This document shows positions 48,565-61,050 of a stretch of 64,000 bases of DNA, piece by piece. Each line of letters starts with the position of its first letter. Position 1 is the first letter of the stretch. The DNA lies in the NCBI RefSeq assembly GCF_902713615.1, contig NW_024055475.1, forward strand, positions 186,001-250,000, in the 5' to 3' direction. The stretch comes from Scyliorhinus canicula (taxonomy: Eukaryota). The position numbers and the translations under genes were made by a program. The notes below the pieces were generated by a model, which saw only the letters and a program-made list of their open reading frames with translations, was not told the origin of the DNA and did not search any database.

Positions 48565-49239
48565 AGCTATTTCAGCATTGTTTCTCCAGAGTTATTAAAG
48601 CTCTCGAAGGAAGGAAGCACAGGTTCAGGTGCTGATGGAGATCCGGTGCATCCTCAGTCACCAATAGTAATTATATATAAAATCGATGTCTTGAAATATG
48701 TGAAGGTATGATCGATAAGTTTGCAGATGGAAAATTGTTGGTGTGGTAACTAGCGAGGAGAAAAGCCTTAAATTACACGATGATACAGATGGGTGGGTCA
48801 TATGGGCAGAACAGTGGCAAATGGAATTTAACCAGGAAATGTGGCAGCTCTTGTACAGGGTCAGTATAGACATGGTGTGCCGAGTGACATCTGTGCTGGA
48901 TCATTCTAGAAAACATTGAACATTCAGTATCACGAGCAAGAGGGAAGAAGATGGAGGAATTACTGATTCTGGGATTGAACCCAGTAAGAGTTTGCATCTT
49001 CTGGGGAGGAGAGAGGAAGGACCCATTGGGGGATAAAACCTTAGGTTCTGCATTGTTCCACAGGAGAGCAGCATTTAATCATTTTGAAAAATAGTGAATA
49101 GCAGATTACCCATTGACAATAATTTGTTTGATTATTTTTATCAATTGGTAACCAAGTTATTTTTTATTTACAGTTTGGGGTGTCAATGGTGCGGCTATTA
49201 CCCAACATTCACTGCGGCTGTGAATGTGCCCTAATCACT

Positions 49240-49535
49240 CCACAGGACCCAGTGCGCAGTCGCAGTGCTGGGTGAATCGAGCATGCGCAGTGCCACTGTG
49301 CTTGGAGTTCTGCGAGTGCGGGAGCGGCTGTTTGGGGCGGTGAGGCGGAGGGAGGAATGCAGACGGGAGCCGGGAGTCGGGGTGGGGAGGGAGTGAAGGT
49401 TTCATAAACACCCCCTGTTGGTCACAAGGCCGGAATAAGTCCCGTGTTGGCAGCTGCGGAGCTTTTATCGGGTGCCAGGCCCAGTTCCACGGCCGCCATC
49501 TTTGATTAGCGGTGCTTCAGGATCCCGGTGAGACT
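49240..49535 (+). promoter_or_regulatory. CpG-rich promoter/first-exon-like region
   Basis: GCATGCGCAG 49281, YY1 CCGCCATCTT 49493, donor-like CG|GTGAGA 49528. Confidence 0.55.
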
Positions 49536-50115
49536 CTGTTATTATTGGCCAGTCAGCCTGAGCCTGTGACCGTTCTTACCACCTGAAACCGTCACAATGC
49601 CCGCGTGATTGACGGCAGCTCTGGACCAATGGGAAGAGGAGGGGCGGGACTGGAGAATTGACCTAGAGCTGCTGGTCCTCCAACCAATCAGAGTGAATGA
49701 GGGGCGGTGCAGACTCACTGGGCCGATTGGCCTCCTTCAGCACTGAAGGGATTCTATGATTCTACATTGGATCCAATGATATGTTCACTCACACACTGTA
49801 GCCTGACTCTTATTAGAACACAGTGTTTGTTACTCTCAAAGTGAGTAAATCCTTTGCTGTTTATCCTCTGGGCCCCATCTCCACTATTATTGTCTGATTG
49901 TCCCACTGAGACTCTCACTGTTATTATTGGACAATCAGCGAGTCAGCCAGAGCCTGTGCCGCTCTCACCATCTGGAACCGTCACAATGCCCGGGTGATTG
50001 ACGGCAGCTCCGGACCAATAGGAAGAGGAGGGGCAGGTCTAGAGGACCGAGTGAGGGCAGCTGGTCCTCCAACCAGTCGGAGTGAATGATGGGCGGGACC
50101 CGTCGTGATTGAAGC
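49530..50115 (+). repeat. Duplicated ~190-bp CCAAT/GC-box cassette
   Basis: 49530-49710 vs 49908-50115 share aaccgtcacaatgccc..gtgattgacggcagctc.ggaccaat.ggaagaggaggggc and ctggtcctccaacca. Confidence 0.75.
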
Positions 50116-50154
50116 ATGCGCAGTCTGGGTAATGACAATGTCGAAGGGCTTCTT

Positions 50155-50460
50155 CATAGAATCATAGAATTTACAGTGCTGAAGGAGGCCATTCGGCCCA
50201 TCGAGTCTGCACCAGCCCTTAGAAAGAGAACCCAACTCAAGGCCACGCCTCCACCCTAAGCCCGTAACCCAGTAGCTTGGACACTAAGGGCAATTGATCA
50301 TGACCAATCCACCTAAACTGCACATCTTTGGACTGTGGGAGGAAACCGGAGCACCCGGATGAAACCCACGGAGACCCGGGGAGGACGTACAGACAGTTAC
50401 CCAAGCCGGGAATCGAACCTGGAGCTGTGAAGCAACTGTGCTGCGGTGCTGCCCTAACTT
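50155..50460 (-). mobile_element. V-SINE-type SINE
   Basis: catagaatcatagaatttacagtgc tail; ggaggaaaccggagcacccgg. Confidence 0.8.
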
Positions 50461-51240
50461 TTAATACTAAGAATCAAAGAAAAATTAACTATATTATATT
50501 GGAGAAAGAAGATCTCAATACAAACACAAAAATACAATTCAAATTCGAACTTTTCTTTTACCCCAGCAATATCCTGACAGAAACATAGGCCGGAATTCTC
50601 CATTCACACCGCTGCAGTGAATGAAGTTTTGGATGAGTGTCAAATTCTCCGTTCTGCATCAATTCCAAAATCGGTGAGAGGCGTTTAACAATATACAGGG
50701 AGCGAGAGATCGCGGGTGTGGGCGGAAACATTGTGTAAAGCTGTTGTAAGCTGCAAACCTCGGAAAAGAGATTCCGGGACCCAGTTTGTATCGAGCGGAG
50801 CTGTAGTTCATGTTCGGCTCGGGTTAACGGCCGCCACCTTTATTGGATGTGTATCAGGGCGCATGCACGTTTGTCATCTTTGTCGGGGCGATGTTTCAAT
50901 GAGTGGGAGGAGCTTGTTCCCCATTGTTCAGAATGGAGACAACTTGTCCATCAAACTGGATTCGTCTTTGAGTCCCAATGTCTTATTGATGATGCAAAGC
51001 GGTGGCAGAGATGGAAAGAAAAGGAAGCCAATCCTGCTCTCCGGATTTCACTGTCTCATTGGACATCCTGCCCCATGTGTCCAAAGTTCTGCGGCCCTGT
51101 TCAGCCACATGAAGACCCAGGGTAGAAATTCACAACCCCGAGTAGATGTCACTGTCAAATCAAGGGACTGCTCTGACAACGAGGGTCAGTGTGCAGCGGG
51201 GGGCATGAGCAGTCATCCTGGACCCGGGAGCAGGAGGAGA

Positions 51241-51470
51241 GAATGTTGTGAATTTCTATCCTGGACTGACAGTGATTAATTTTGGAAACTCCTTTTACAG
51301 GGGATTAGTAGGGGAGGATTTACACACAGCAAACTCAAACCATGCGAAACGTTTATCTTTCCTGAATTACATTTCTGGACTGACAGTGATGCCTTTGTAA
51401 ACTTCTTTCACAGGGGCTTAGAAAGGGATTCGCAGACAGGAAACTCACAACCAATCCTCACATCAAATTC
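51241..51470 (+). pseudogene. Two tandem orphan ZNF acceptor modules, no fingers
   Basis: ctggactgacagtgat..ttttacag|gg at 51300 and ttcacag|gg at 51413; homologous to 38540-38630. Confidence 0.65.
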
Positions 51471-53847
51471 GGGTTACCGGGACCTGGAGATTGTCGACCT
51501 TTGTGTGTAAGCATTGAGTTCCATATCGTTATCACTCACTGTATAAAATGTCTACCTCCTGTCTCCCCTGTAGATCTTGTTCACAATCTTAAATCTGTGT
51601 CCCTTTTCACAATTTACTGATGGGAACAGTTTATAAAAATCTTTTGCTGGGTTGCCGTTGTTGTTTCTGGTGCCTGGGTTGATGCCGGGTGGTCCGTCTG
51701 GTTTCATTCCTTTTTCATGTTTTTGTTGTGGTTGAATCAGCTTGGACCAGTCCATTTCGGATCCAGAACACAATTGAAGTCTCCTCCAAGAATCAATTGA
51801 TCTGGATCCAGGTCTGGGATGGATTCCAACAATTTTTTTACAAATGTTTCTATGAGATCCCCTCATTGAAAAAAAAGATAGAGAAGCAGAATTAGGCCAT
51901 TCAGCCCATCAGGTTTTGGAGTTTGCTCTGCCATTCGATCATGGCTGATATGTTTCTCATCCCCATTCGTCTTGTATTGTAGCTCTCTTGAAATGAATGC
52001 GAACATTGCATTTGTCTTTCTAGCTGCCAACTTTCCTTTATGTGTTTTGGGATGTGGGTGTCGCTGGCTGAGCCGGCATTTGTTGCCCACCCCTAATTGC
52101 CCTTGAACTGAGTGGCTTGCTGGGCCATTTCAGAGGGGGGCAGTTTGGGAGGATGTAAGGCTGAAGTGATGAAATGACAAAGGGGATAATGGTGCAAGAT
52201 AAATCTGGGTGACAATGAGATAAGTAAATAAACTAATAGGACAAGAGAATAAAAGGCAGGTTCAGGTGAGGTATAAATGGCAACAGCAGAACCATTACCA
52301 GCACCAACTGTCTAAAAATATCGGAGTGATGATTATAATCTGAAATTACTGAAATGAATGTTGTGTCTGGAAGGTCAGGAATTGCCTGATCAAGGATGAG
52401 GTTCTGTTCCTCGAGTTTCCTTTGAGCTTTATTGGAGCAGTGCAGGAGGCTGAGGACAGAGTGGGAATGGGGCGGGGAATTAAAATGATCAGAAGCTCAG
52501 GATTATGCTTGCAGACTGAATGGTGATGTTCCACAGTCACCCAATCCAGATTTAATCTCCTCAGTGTAGGGAAGATCAAGTCGTGAGCAGTGCATACACA
52601 ACAGTGGATAGCAAGAAGTACAAGTAAATCACTGTCACCTGGAAAGTGTGTTTGGAATCCTGGAATGTGGGAGGGAAGGCGATGAACTGGTGGTTGTTGC
52701 ATCTGTTGTGTCTGCATGGAAATGTTTACAGTGATGTTCATAATAACACAAGTAATGGAAGCGGGTGGAGACCATATGGCTCATCGAGCCTCTGCATTTC
52801 TTGCTGGCTGTAACCTGCTCGTTCAGGCATCATTCTGGAATACTTTCCCAGTCCTTCCAGATCCATTTTATGACATGGAGACATTAGCTCCACAACCCTG
52901 TGAACGAAAATGTAGTCTGGCCGAGTGTCACCGAGCTGAAATCCAGTCTTTCTCTGACACATTATTCTTAATACCATAGCTGACAGGCTAAGAGTGAAAA
53001 AGTCAACTGTTTAGCAGTGAGGGGAAGAGGCAAGTTTGTAGATGTTCTACAGTGTTACAGACTCGTTGGATCTGCTTCTTCTGTCCCATCTTACATTCAG
53101 CTAATGGTAAAATGATTAAAATACTGCAACATACAGGCATTTGAGGACAACAGTGAGTTTGCTGCTCAGATTAAGTAAAGTCTCCACATCACAAAATGGA
53201 CCTAGAAGGACTGGAGACGATGCGGGCAAATATATTTAAATTACGCCTGAACTGGCAAGTTACACCTGGCAAAAGGGATTGGACAGGGCATAAACTTTTC
53301 TCTGGAAAGGGGAATAAAGGATGGCCTGATCCTGTAAGATTATGAAAAGGTTTGATGTGATAGACAAGTGGAAGATGTTTCCACTGGATGAGAAGACATT
53401 TAAAGAGTCAACCACATTGCTGTGGTTTGGCCAGACCAGGTAAGGATGGCAGATTTCCTTCACTGAAGGACAGGAGTGAACTAGATGGGTCTTTACAACA
53501 ACCAACAATGGTTTCATGGTCTTCAGTAAATTTTCAACACATTCAAATTTTACCTTCTACCTTGGTGAGATTCATACCTGGATTTCTGGAAAATCATAGG
53601 GACAGGAAAGAAGACTTTTGAACATTTCTCTTCAGCGGATATAAAAATATTGAAATTGGGATAAAGGATGTTTGGCTGACAGTCAAACACTGTCCTGTGA
53701 GGTAATGACACCTTTTGCTTCCCAATTGGCCGAGGAAGGCAGTGTGTCACAAGGATGGATGTGTTGACTGATTAATGGCTGGAGGATGGGGGCAGGTCAT
53801 GTGATCAAACCTCCAGGAATACATTTAATCAAAGTTGGCGAGGAGAG

Positions 53848-54095
53848 AATGTTGTGAATTTCTATCCTAAACTGACAGTGAGGTTTCTGTAAATTTACAG
53901 GATACTGGAAGTGGAGGTTTAACAGACGGGAAACTCAAACCAAATGTCACATCGCGATCTGACAGAGTCACTCGATTCATCAGAACCTGAATATCAGCAG
54001 CATCTGGGTGTGGAAGGTAAAAGGTTTGTCTGTTCTGTCTGTGAGGGAAGATTTCAGGTCTCAGTGTGACTGGAAAAGTCCGAGATTCACAAACC
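53848..54095 (+). pseudogene. Orphan ZNF terminal-exon 5' module
   Basis: aatttacag|GA at 53901; ILEVEV*QTGNSNQMSHRDLTESLDSSEPEYQQHLGVEGKRFVCSVC; then breaks into CR1-like sequence. Confidence 0.75.
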
Positions 54096-54261
54096 CTGGT
54101 TAGACCAAACCTGGAGAACTGTGTTCAGTTCTGGACAACAAACCAGAGGAAGGATAGAATGGCCTCGGAGGGAGTATAACACAGCTTTACCTTAATGATA
54201 TCTGAACTCTCCAGGGTTAAATTATAAAGCGAGATTAGACAGAAATGTCAGAGTCAGCTGT

Positions 54262-54840
54262 CAGCACGGTGGCGCAGTGAGTAGCACTGCTGCCTCACAG
54301 CGCCGAGGTCGCAGGTTCAATCCCGGCTCTGGGTCGCTGTCCATGTGCAGTTTGCACATTCTCCCCGTGTTTGCTTGTGTTTTGCCCCCATAACCCAAAG
54401 ATGGGCAGATAGGTGGATTGACTGCACTGAATTGCCCCTTGATTGGAAAAAAATGAATTGGGTACCTTAAATTTATTTTTAAAAAATAGAAAAAGGGCAG
54501 AGAAGGGCATTCGGTCCATTGAGTCCATGCTAGCTCTAATCAGCATGGTTAGCACTGTTGCTTCATAGCGCCAGGGGCCCGGGTGTGATACCCGGCTTGG
54601 GTCGCTGTCTGTGCGGAGTCTGCATGTTCTCCCCGTGTCTGTTATGGGTTTCCTCCGGGTGCTGCGGTTTCCTCCCACAAGTCCCGAAAGATGTGCTTGT
54701 TAGGTGAATTGGACATTCTAAATTCTCCCTCTGTGTACCCGAACAGGAGCCGGAGTATGACGACTTGGGGATTTTCACAGTAACCTCATTGCAGTGTTAA
54801 TGTAAGCCTACTTGTGACACTAATAAATATTATTATTATC
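54262..54840 (+). mobile_element. Two adjacent V-SINE-type SINEs (~54262-54490, ~54540-54840)
   Basis: cagcacggtggcgcagtgagtagcactgctgcc..; cagcatggttagcactgttgc..tattattatt tail. Confidence 0.85.
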
Positions 54841-55029
54841 TGGAGCAATCCAGTCAGAGTCATTCTCCTGCTCTGTCTCTGTATCCTCACAGCTTTATTT
54901 CTCTCAGGTTTCTATCCAATTTTTTAAAAAATCATTTATTGTGTCTATTTCCAAACTCCATCATAGGCAGCATGTTTAAGGTCGTTGCCACTGGCTGTGT
55001 AAAAACATTCTTCCTCATACCTCCTGTAC

Positions 55030-55390
55030 CATTTACATGCACAGATACGGAGCAACGTAGAAAATAGAAGCAGGAGGCCATTTGGCCCTTCGAGCCGGCT
55101 CCACCATTCATTACGATCAGAGCTGATTAGGCTCAATAGCCTAATCCCGCTTTCCCCCCATATCCTTTGATCCCCTTCACCCTACTTCTTGAAAACATGC
55201 AATGTTTTAGCCTTAATTAGTTCCTGTGGTGACGAATTCCAAAGGCTCACCACTCTCTGTGTGAAGAAATTTCTCCTCATCTCTGTCCTAAATGGTCTAC
55301 CCCGTATCCTCAGACTGTGACCCCTATTTCTGGGCACACCCACTATCGGAAACATCCTTCCTGAATCTACTCTGTCTCGCCCTGTTTTTT
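55030..55390 (-). mobile_element. CR1 3' fragment
   Basis: tagaagcaggaggccatttggccc tail; gtgaagaaatttctcctcatctctgtcctaaatgg. Confidence 0.75.
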
Positions 55391-55399
55391 TTCTGAGGC

Positions 55400-56780
55400 C
55401 TTGACAGAAATCTTTGGATCCTCACTGTCTTCAGCTGATGTCCCGGGGGACTGGAGAATAGCCAATGTTGTTCCTTTGTTTCAGAAGGGTAGCAAGGATA
55501 ACTCAGAGAACTACAGGCCGGTGAGCCTTACGTCAGTGGTAGGGAAATTACTGGAGAGAATTCTTCGAGACAGGATCTACTCCCATTTGGAAGCAAATGG
55601 ACGTATTAGTGAGAGGCAGCATGGTTTTGTGAAGGGGAGGTCATGTCTCACTAACTTGATAGAGTTGTTCGAAGAGGTCACAAAGTTGATTGATGCAGGT
55701 AGGGCAGTGGATGTTGTCTATATGGATTTCAGTAAGGCCTTTGACAAGGTCCCTCATGGTTGACTGGTATACAAGGTGAAGTCACACAGGATCAGGGGTG
55801 AGCTGGCAAGGTGGATACAGAACTGGCTCGGTCATAGAAGGCAGAGTAGCAATGGAAGGGTGCTTTTCTAATTGGAAGGCTGTGACTAGTGGTGTTCTAC
55901 AGGGATAGTGCTAGGACCTTTGCTGTTCGTAGTATATATAAATGATTTGGAGGAAAATGTAACTGGTCTGATTAGTAAGTTTGCAGATGACACAAAGGTT
56001 GGTGGAATTGTGGATAGCGATGAGAACTGTCAGAGGATACAGCAGGATTTAGATCGTTTGGAGACATGGGCGGAGAGATGGCAGATGGAGTTTAATCCGG
56101 ACAAATGTGAGGTAATGTATTTTGGAAGGTCAAATGCAGGTAGGGATTAGACAGTGAATGGTAGAACCCTCAAGAGTATTGAAAGTCAGAGAGATCTAGG
56201 TGTACAGGTCTACAGGTCACTGAAAGGGGCAACACAGGTGGAGAAGGTAGTCAAGAAGGCATACGGCATGCTTGCCTTCATTGGCCGGGGCATTGAGTAT
56301 AAGAATTGGCAAGTCATGTTGCAGCTGTACAGAACCTTAGTTAGGCCACACTTGGAGTATAGTGTTCAATTCTGGCCGCCACACTACCAGAAGGATGTGG
56401 AGGCTTGAGAGAGGGTGCAGAAGAGATTTACACGAGGTTGCCTGGTTTGGAGGGCATTAGCTATGAGGAGCGTTTGAATAAACTCGGTTTGTTCTCACTG
56501 GAACGACGGAGTTTGAGGGGCGACCTGATAGAGGTCTACAAAATTATGAGGGGCATAGACAGAGTGGATCGTCAGAGGCTTTTTCCCAGGGTAGAGGTGT
56601 CAATTACTAGGGGGCATAGGTTTATTTAAGGGTCATCTTGACAAATACATGAATAGGATGGGAATAGAGGGGTACGGACCCAGGAAGTGTTGAAGATTTT
56701 AGTTTATACGGGCAGCTTGGTCGGCAGGGGCTTGGAGGGCCGAAGGGCCTGTTCCTGTGCTGCACTTTTCTTTGTTCTTT
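55400..56780 (+). mobile_element. CR1 LINE, decayed
   Basis: NYRPVSLTSVVGKLLE, DFSKAFDKVPH, FADDTK, RPHLEYSVQFW; tail ttttctttgttctttgttc. Confidence 0.93.
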
Positions 56781-56782
56781 GT

Positions 56783-57950
56783 TCAATTTAGAGTGCCCAA
56801 TTCATTTTTTACAATTAAGGGCCATTTTAGCGTGGCCAATCTACCTACCCTGCACATCTTTGGATTTGTGGGGGTGAGACCCACGCAAGAATGTGCAAAC
56901 TCCACACAGACAGTGACCCGGGTCGGGATCAAACCCGGGTCCTCGGTGACATGAGGCAGCAGTGCTAACCACAGCGCCACCCACTTTTTATACGTTTCTG
57001 TGAATCCCCCCTCGTTCTTCTGAACTCCAGCGAATACAATCCTAACCAATTCAACCTAACCTGCACATCTTTGCACTGTGGGAGGAAACCGGAACACCTG
57101 GAGGAAACCCACACAGACGGGGGGAGAACATGCAAACTCCGCACAGACAGGGTGGGAATTCAACCTTGATGCTGTGAGGCAGCAGTGCTAAGCACTATGC
57201 CACCCCCCTGTCTTGCAACCCTCAAGAGAAAAACAAATCCTTATCTCCATCTGAAATGGGTGACCCCTTACTTTGCAACAGTGACCCCCTTGTTCCAGAT
57301 TCTCCCACAAGAGGAATCATCCTCTCCACATCCACCCTGTCAAGTCCCCTCAGGATCTTATAGTTAAATCCAGGTTTTACCCAAAACTTTAAATCTGTGT
57401 CCCGGCTGCTTGTACGATCAGTGAATGGAAACAGAGTTTCTTTGTCCACCCAATGGAAATCTGGCGTAATCTTGTGTCCCTGAATCAAATCTCCTCTCAA
57501 CCTCCTTTGCTGGAACCATTCTGGTAAATCTCCTCTGCACCTTCTCCAAGAACCATCACATCCTTCCTGAAGAGTGGTGACCAGAGCTTTATAAAGATTC
57601 ATTGAATAGAATTAGAACCATAGAATTCCTACAGTGCAGAAGGAGGACCTTTGGCCCATCGGGTCTGCACCTATTCTCTGAAAGGGATCCCTGCCTAGGC
57701 CCACACCTCTACCCTGCCCCTGTAACCCCATAGCCCCATCTAACCTGCACATCCCTGGACACTAAGGGGCAATTTATCAAGGACAATCCACCTAATTTGC
57801 CCTTCTTTGGACTGTTGGAGGAAACCTGAGCACCGGGTGGAAACCCACGCAGACACGGGGTGAAAGTGCAAACTCCACACAGTCACCAAGGCTGGAATTG
57901 AACCCGAGTCCCTGGCACTGAGGCAGCAGTGCTAATCACCGTGCCACCAG
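56783..57950 (-). mobile_element. Cluster of SINEs (~56783-56985, 57050-57200, 57615-57950) and CR1 fragment (~57200-57600)
   Basis: Repeated V-domain-like cores and CR1 RRLRGDLI motif on -. Confidence 0.75.
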
Positions 57951-58340
57951 AAGCATAGTTTTGGTATCAATATTACTGTTTATGAAGCTCAAGATCAAAT
58001 TTGCTTTGCCAACTACTCTCTTGATGTCTTGTAGATATACAAACTCCCTCTTCACCTCTTTCTCTCTCCTCCCAAAGAGGCCAGTTGGGTTTTTATAACA
58101 ATCCAGCAGTTTTCATGGCCACTTCTTTTCCCAGTGTCGGCCCCACAAATGACCAGATTCATTCAGTTTCACAACCTGCCTTTGTGTTTTTGTGGGTTCT
58201 CTCACTCCCTATTTTCTGTTTTCAATCAGTTTCACAGGGTGTTCGAAGGGGAGGCTTCAAAGTCGGGAAACTCAAACCAAGCATCAGGATCTGACGTGAG
58301 TCCTCAATTCATCATACCTGAATATCAGCAGATTTTGAAC

Positions 58341-59198
58341 ATGGAAGGAAAAAGCATCGTTCTCAGTGGGGAGAAACCGTACACGTGTTGTGTGTGTGGA
58401 CGAGGATTCAGTCCATCATCAGGCCTCATAAGCCACAAATGCAGTCACACTGAGGAGAAACCGTGGAAATGTGCGGACTGTGGGAAAGGATTCACTTCCC
58501 CATCCAAGCTCGAAACTCATCGACGCAGTCACACTGGGGAGAGACCATTCACCTGCTCCAAGTGTGGGAAGGGATTCACTCAGGTATCCAACCTGCGAAA
58601 ACACCAACGCGTTCACACTGGGGAGAGGCCATTCACCTGCTGTCAGTGTGCAAAGGGATTCATTAATTCAACCAATCTGCTGATACACCAGCGAGTTCAC
58701 ACTGGGGAGAGGCCATTCAACTGCTCCAAGTGTGGGAAGGGTTTCACTCAGGTATCCAACCTGCTGAGACACCAGCAAGTTCACACTGGGGAGAGACCAT
58801 TCACCTGCTCCAAGTGTGGGAAAGGATTCACTCAATCTTCCGACCTGCAGAAGCACCAGCGAATTCACACTGGGGAGAGACCGTTCCAATGTCCAGACTG
58901 CGGGAAATGCTTTAAAAGTTCTGGAGAACTGATGCTCCATCAACGTGTTCACACTGACGAGAGACCGTTTAGGTGCTCTCACTGTGGGACTGGATTCAGA
59001 GAATCAACTCAACTCACTGTACATCAGCGAATTCACACTGGGGAGGGGCTATTCACCTGCTCCGAGTGTGGGAAGGGATTCACTCAGTCATCCAGTCTGC
59101 TGAATCACCAGCGAATTCACACTGGAGAGAGACCGTTCACCTGTTCAGAGTGTGGGAAGGGATTCACTCAGTCATCCTCCCTACTGCGACACCAATGA
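58341..59198 (+). CDS. C2H2 zinc-finger protein, 9 complete fingers plus a truncated tenth
   Basis: ATG 58341 ([16 protein letters not shown]..). Frame is open upstream through an acceptor-like ttcacag| at 58238; ends LRHQ*. Confidence 0.9.
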   Translation: MEGKSIVLSGEKPYTCCVCGRGFSPSSGLISHKCSHTEEKPWKCADCGKGFTSPSKLETHRRSHTGERPFTCSKCGKGFTQVSNLRKHQRVHTGERPFTCCQCAKGFINSTNLLIHQRVHTGERPFNCSKCGKGFTQVSNLLRHQQVHTGERPFTCSKCGKGFTQSSDLQKHQRIHTGERPFQCPDCGKCFKSSGELMLHQRVHTDERPFRCSHCGTGFRESTQLTVHQRIHTGEGLFTCSECGKGFTQSSSLLNHQRIHTGERPFTCSECGKGFTQSSSLLRHQ

Positions 59199-59597
59199 GG
59201 CCACAAACCACGGTGAATGGATTTTACTGTTCCTCACATTCAGGACTGAACCATGTTCATTTGGGTCTCTTTCTGCTGCTAACAAACTCCAGCCCATTTA
59301 CAGGGGCTAATATTCTGCCTAAAAGTCAAATAAATTAGATTTCTGTTAAATACGCTGTGTGCTGAATCTTTTTAATATCTCTGAAATGAAATGAATGAAA
59401 ATGAAAATCGCTTATTGTCACGAGTAGGCTTCAAATGAAGTTACTGTGAAAAGCCCCGGGTCACCACATTCCGGTGCCTGTTTGGTGAGACTGGTACGGG
59501 AATTGAACAGTGTTGCTGGCCTGCTTTCAAAGCCCGCAATTTAGCCCAGTGTGCTAAACCAGCCCCAGACAAAAGTCTGTTCCTTTTGAAGTTGATA

Positions 59598-59890
59598 GAA
59601 TAGAACAGTACAGCACAGAACAGGCCCTTCGGCCCTCGATGTTGTGCCGAGCAATGATCACCCCACTTAAACCCACGTAACCCGTATACCCGTAACCCAA
59701 CAATCCCCCCCATTAACCTTACACTACGGGCAATTTAGCATGGCCAATCCACCTAACCCGCACATCTTTGGACTGAAACCGGAGCACCCGGAGGAAACCC
59801 ACGCACACAGACAGTGACCCAGCCGGGAATCGAACCTGGGACCCTGGAGCTGTGAAGCATTGATGCTAACCACCATGCTACCGTGAGGCC
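59598..59890 (-). mobile_element. V-SINE-type SINE
   Basis: tagaatagaacagtacagcacagaacaggccc tail; gacagtgacccagccgggaatcgaacc. Confidence 0.8.
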
Positions 59891-59899
59891 CCTGTCTCT

Positions 59900-60425
59900 T
59901 CCATTCTCACCTCTAACAAGAAGTGTGAGGAGCTGGTGGAGCTTCTTTGTGACTGAAATTGAGTAAATCCGATCAGCTTCCTCTGCTGCTTCCCTCCCTT
60001 ACACGAGCCCACCGGATCAAACTGTCTCTAAATTTCATCCTTCCCCGAGCCCTGAACCCGCATCTTTTTCTAGTTTCTCTCCCATCTCTCCTCATGCCCT
60101 CTCAGAGCTCATCTTGTCCATGAGACCCAGCTCCTGCTCCATCGACCCTATTCCCACTGAGCTGCTGATCAGCCAACTACCCTGTGTCCATGGATATTGT
60201 CAACATTTCTCTCTCTTCAGGTACTGTCCCTCTGTCCTTCAAATCTGCCATCATCACCCCCTCCTCAATAAAACAAACCCTTGACCCTGCCATCCTTACA
60301 AATTACTGCCCCATCTTCAACCTCCCTCTCCTCTCCAAACTCTTTGAACATGTTGTCATCCCCCAAATCCTTGCCCATCTTTCCCAGAACTCCCATGTTT
60401 GAATCCCTTCAATCAGGTCACTGCC
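59900..60425 (+). mobile_element. L2-clade LINE RT fragment
   Basis: IVNISLSSGTVPLSFKSAIITP..LDPAILTNYCPIFNLPLLSKLFEHVV..FESLQSG. Confidence 0.8.
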
Positions 60426-60499
60426 CTGTCACAGTGAAATACAAGAGACAAACGGAATCTCACCCGGAGAGAAAGAGAGACAATCCGGGTGCTGGGATG

Positions 60500-60660
60500 C
60501 AAGGGCGGCACGGTAGCACAGTGGGTAGCACCGTTGATTCACAGCACCTGGGACCCGGGTTCGATTCCCGGATTGGGTCACTGTCTGTGCGGAGTCTGCA
60601 AGTTCTCTCCTTGTCTGCGTGGGTCTCCATCTGCACTGTAAATTCTCTGATTCTATGAGG
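60500..60660 (+). mobile_element. Truncated V-SINE-type SINE
   Basis: gggcggcacggtagcacagtgg..gggttcgattcccgg..gggtcactgtctgtgcggagtctgc. Confidence 0.8.
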
Positions 60661-61050
60661 TGAGATTGTCCTTTCTGAGCTCCAGCCAGGTGATGTTAAA
60701 CACTCAGGCGGGAAAGACAAAAATCTACAACGTGTTTAAAACAGCTGATTTATTTTACCAATATCTAGAATATTAAACTCCAGTCCCTTAGAGATTATTA
60801 TCATCAGAAACAAACTCCAACTATCAGAGTACAAACCTCCAACGTTCTGGTCCAGATAGAGGCCATTTGGCCCATCGTGTGAGTGCTGGCTGAAGTGGAG
60901 CTATTCAGCTTAATCCCATTTTGCAGATCTCAGTCGATTGCCCTGTATGTTCCAGTCCTTCAATTGGATATCCAAGACGTTTATTTTAAAGTGATCAGGA
61001 TTTCTGCTTCTATGACTCTATCAGACAGCGAGTTCTAGACTCCCACCACT

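Noticed and set aside
9333-60660. tRNA-like A/B boxes as tRNA genes
   Set aside because: All continue into SINE bodies and tails; no complete cloverleaf seen.
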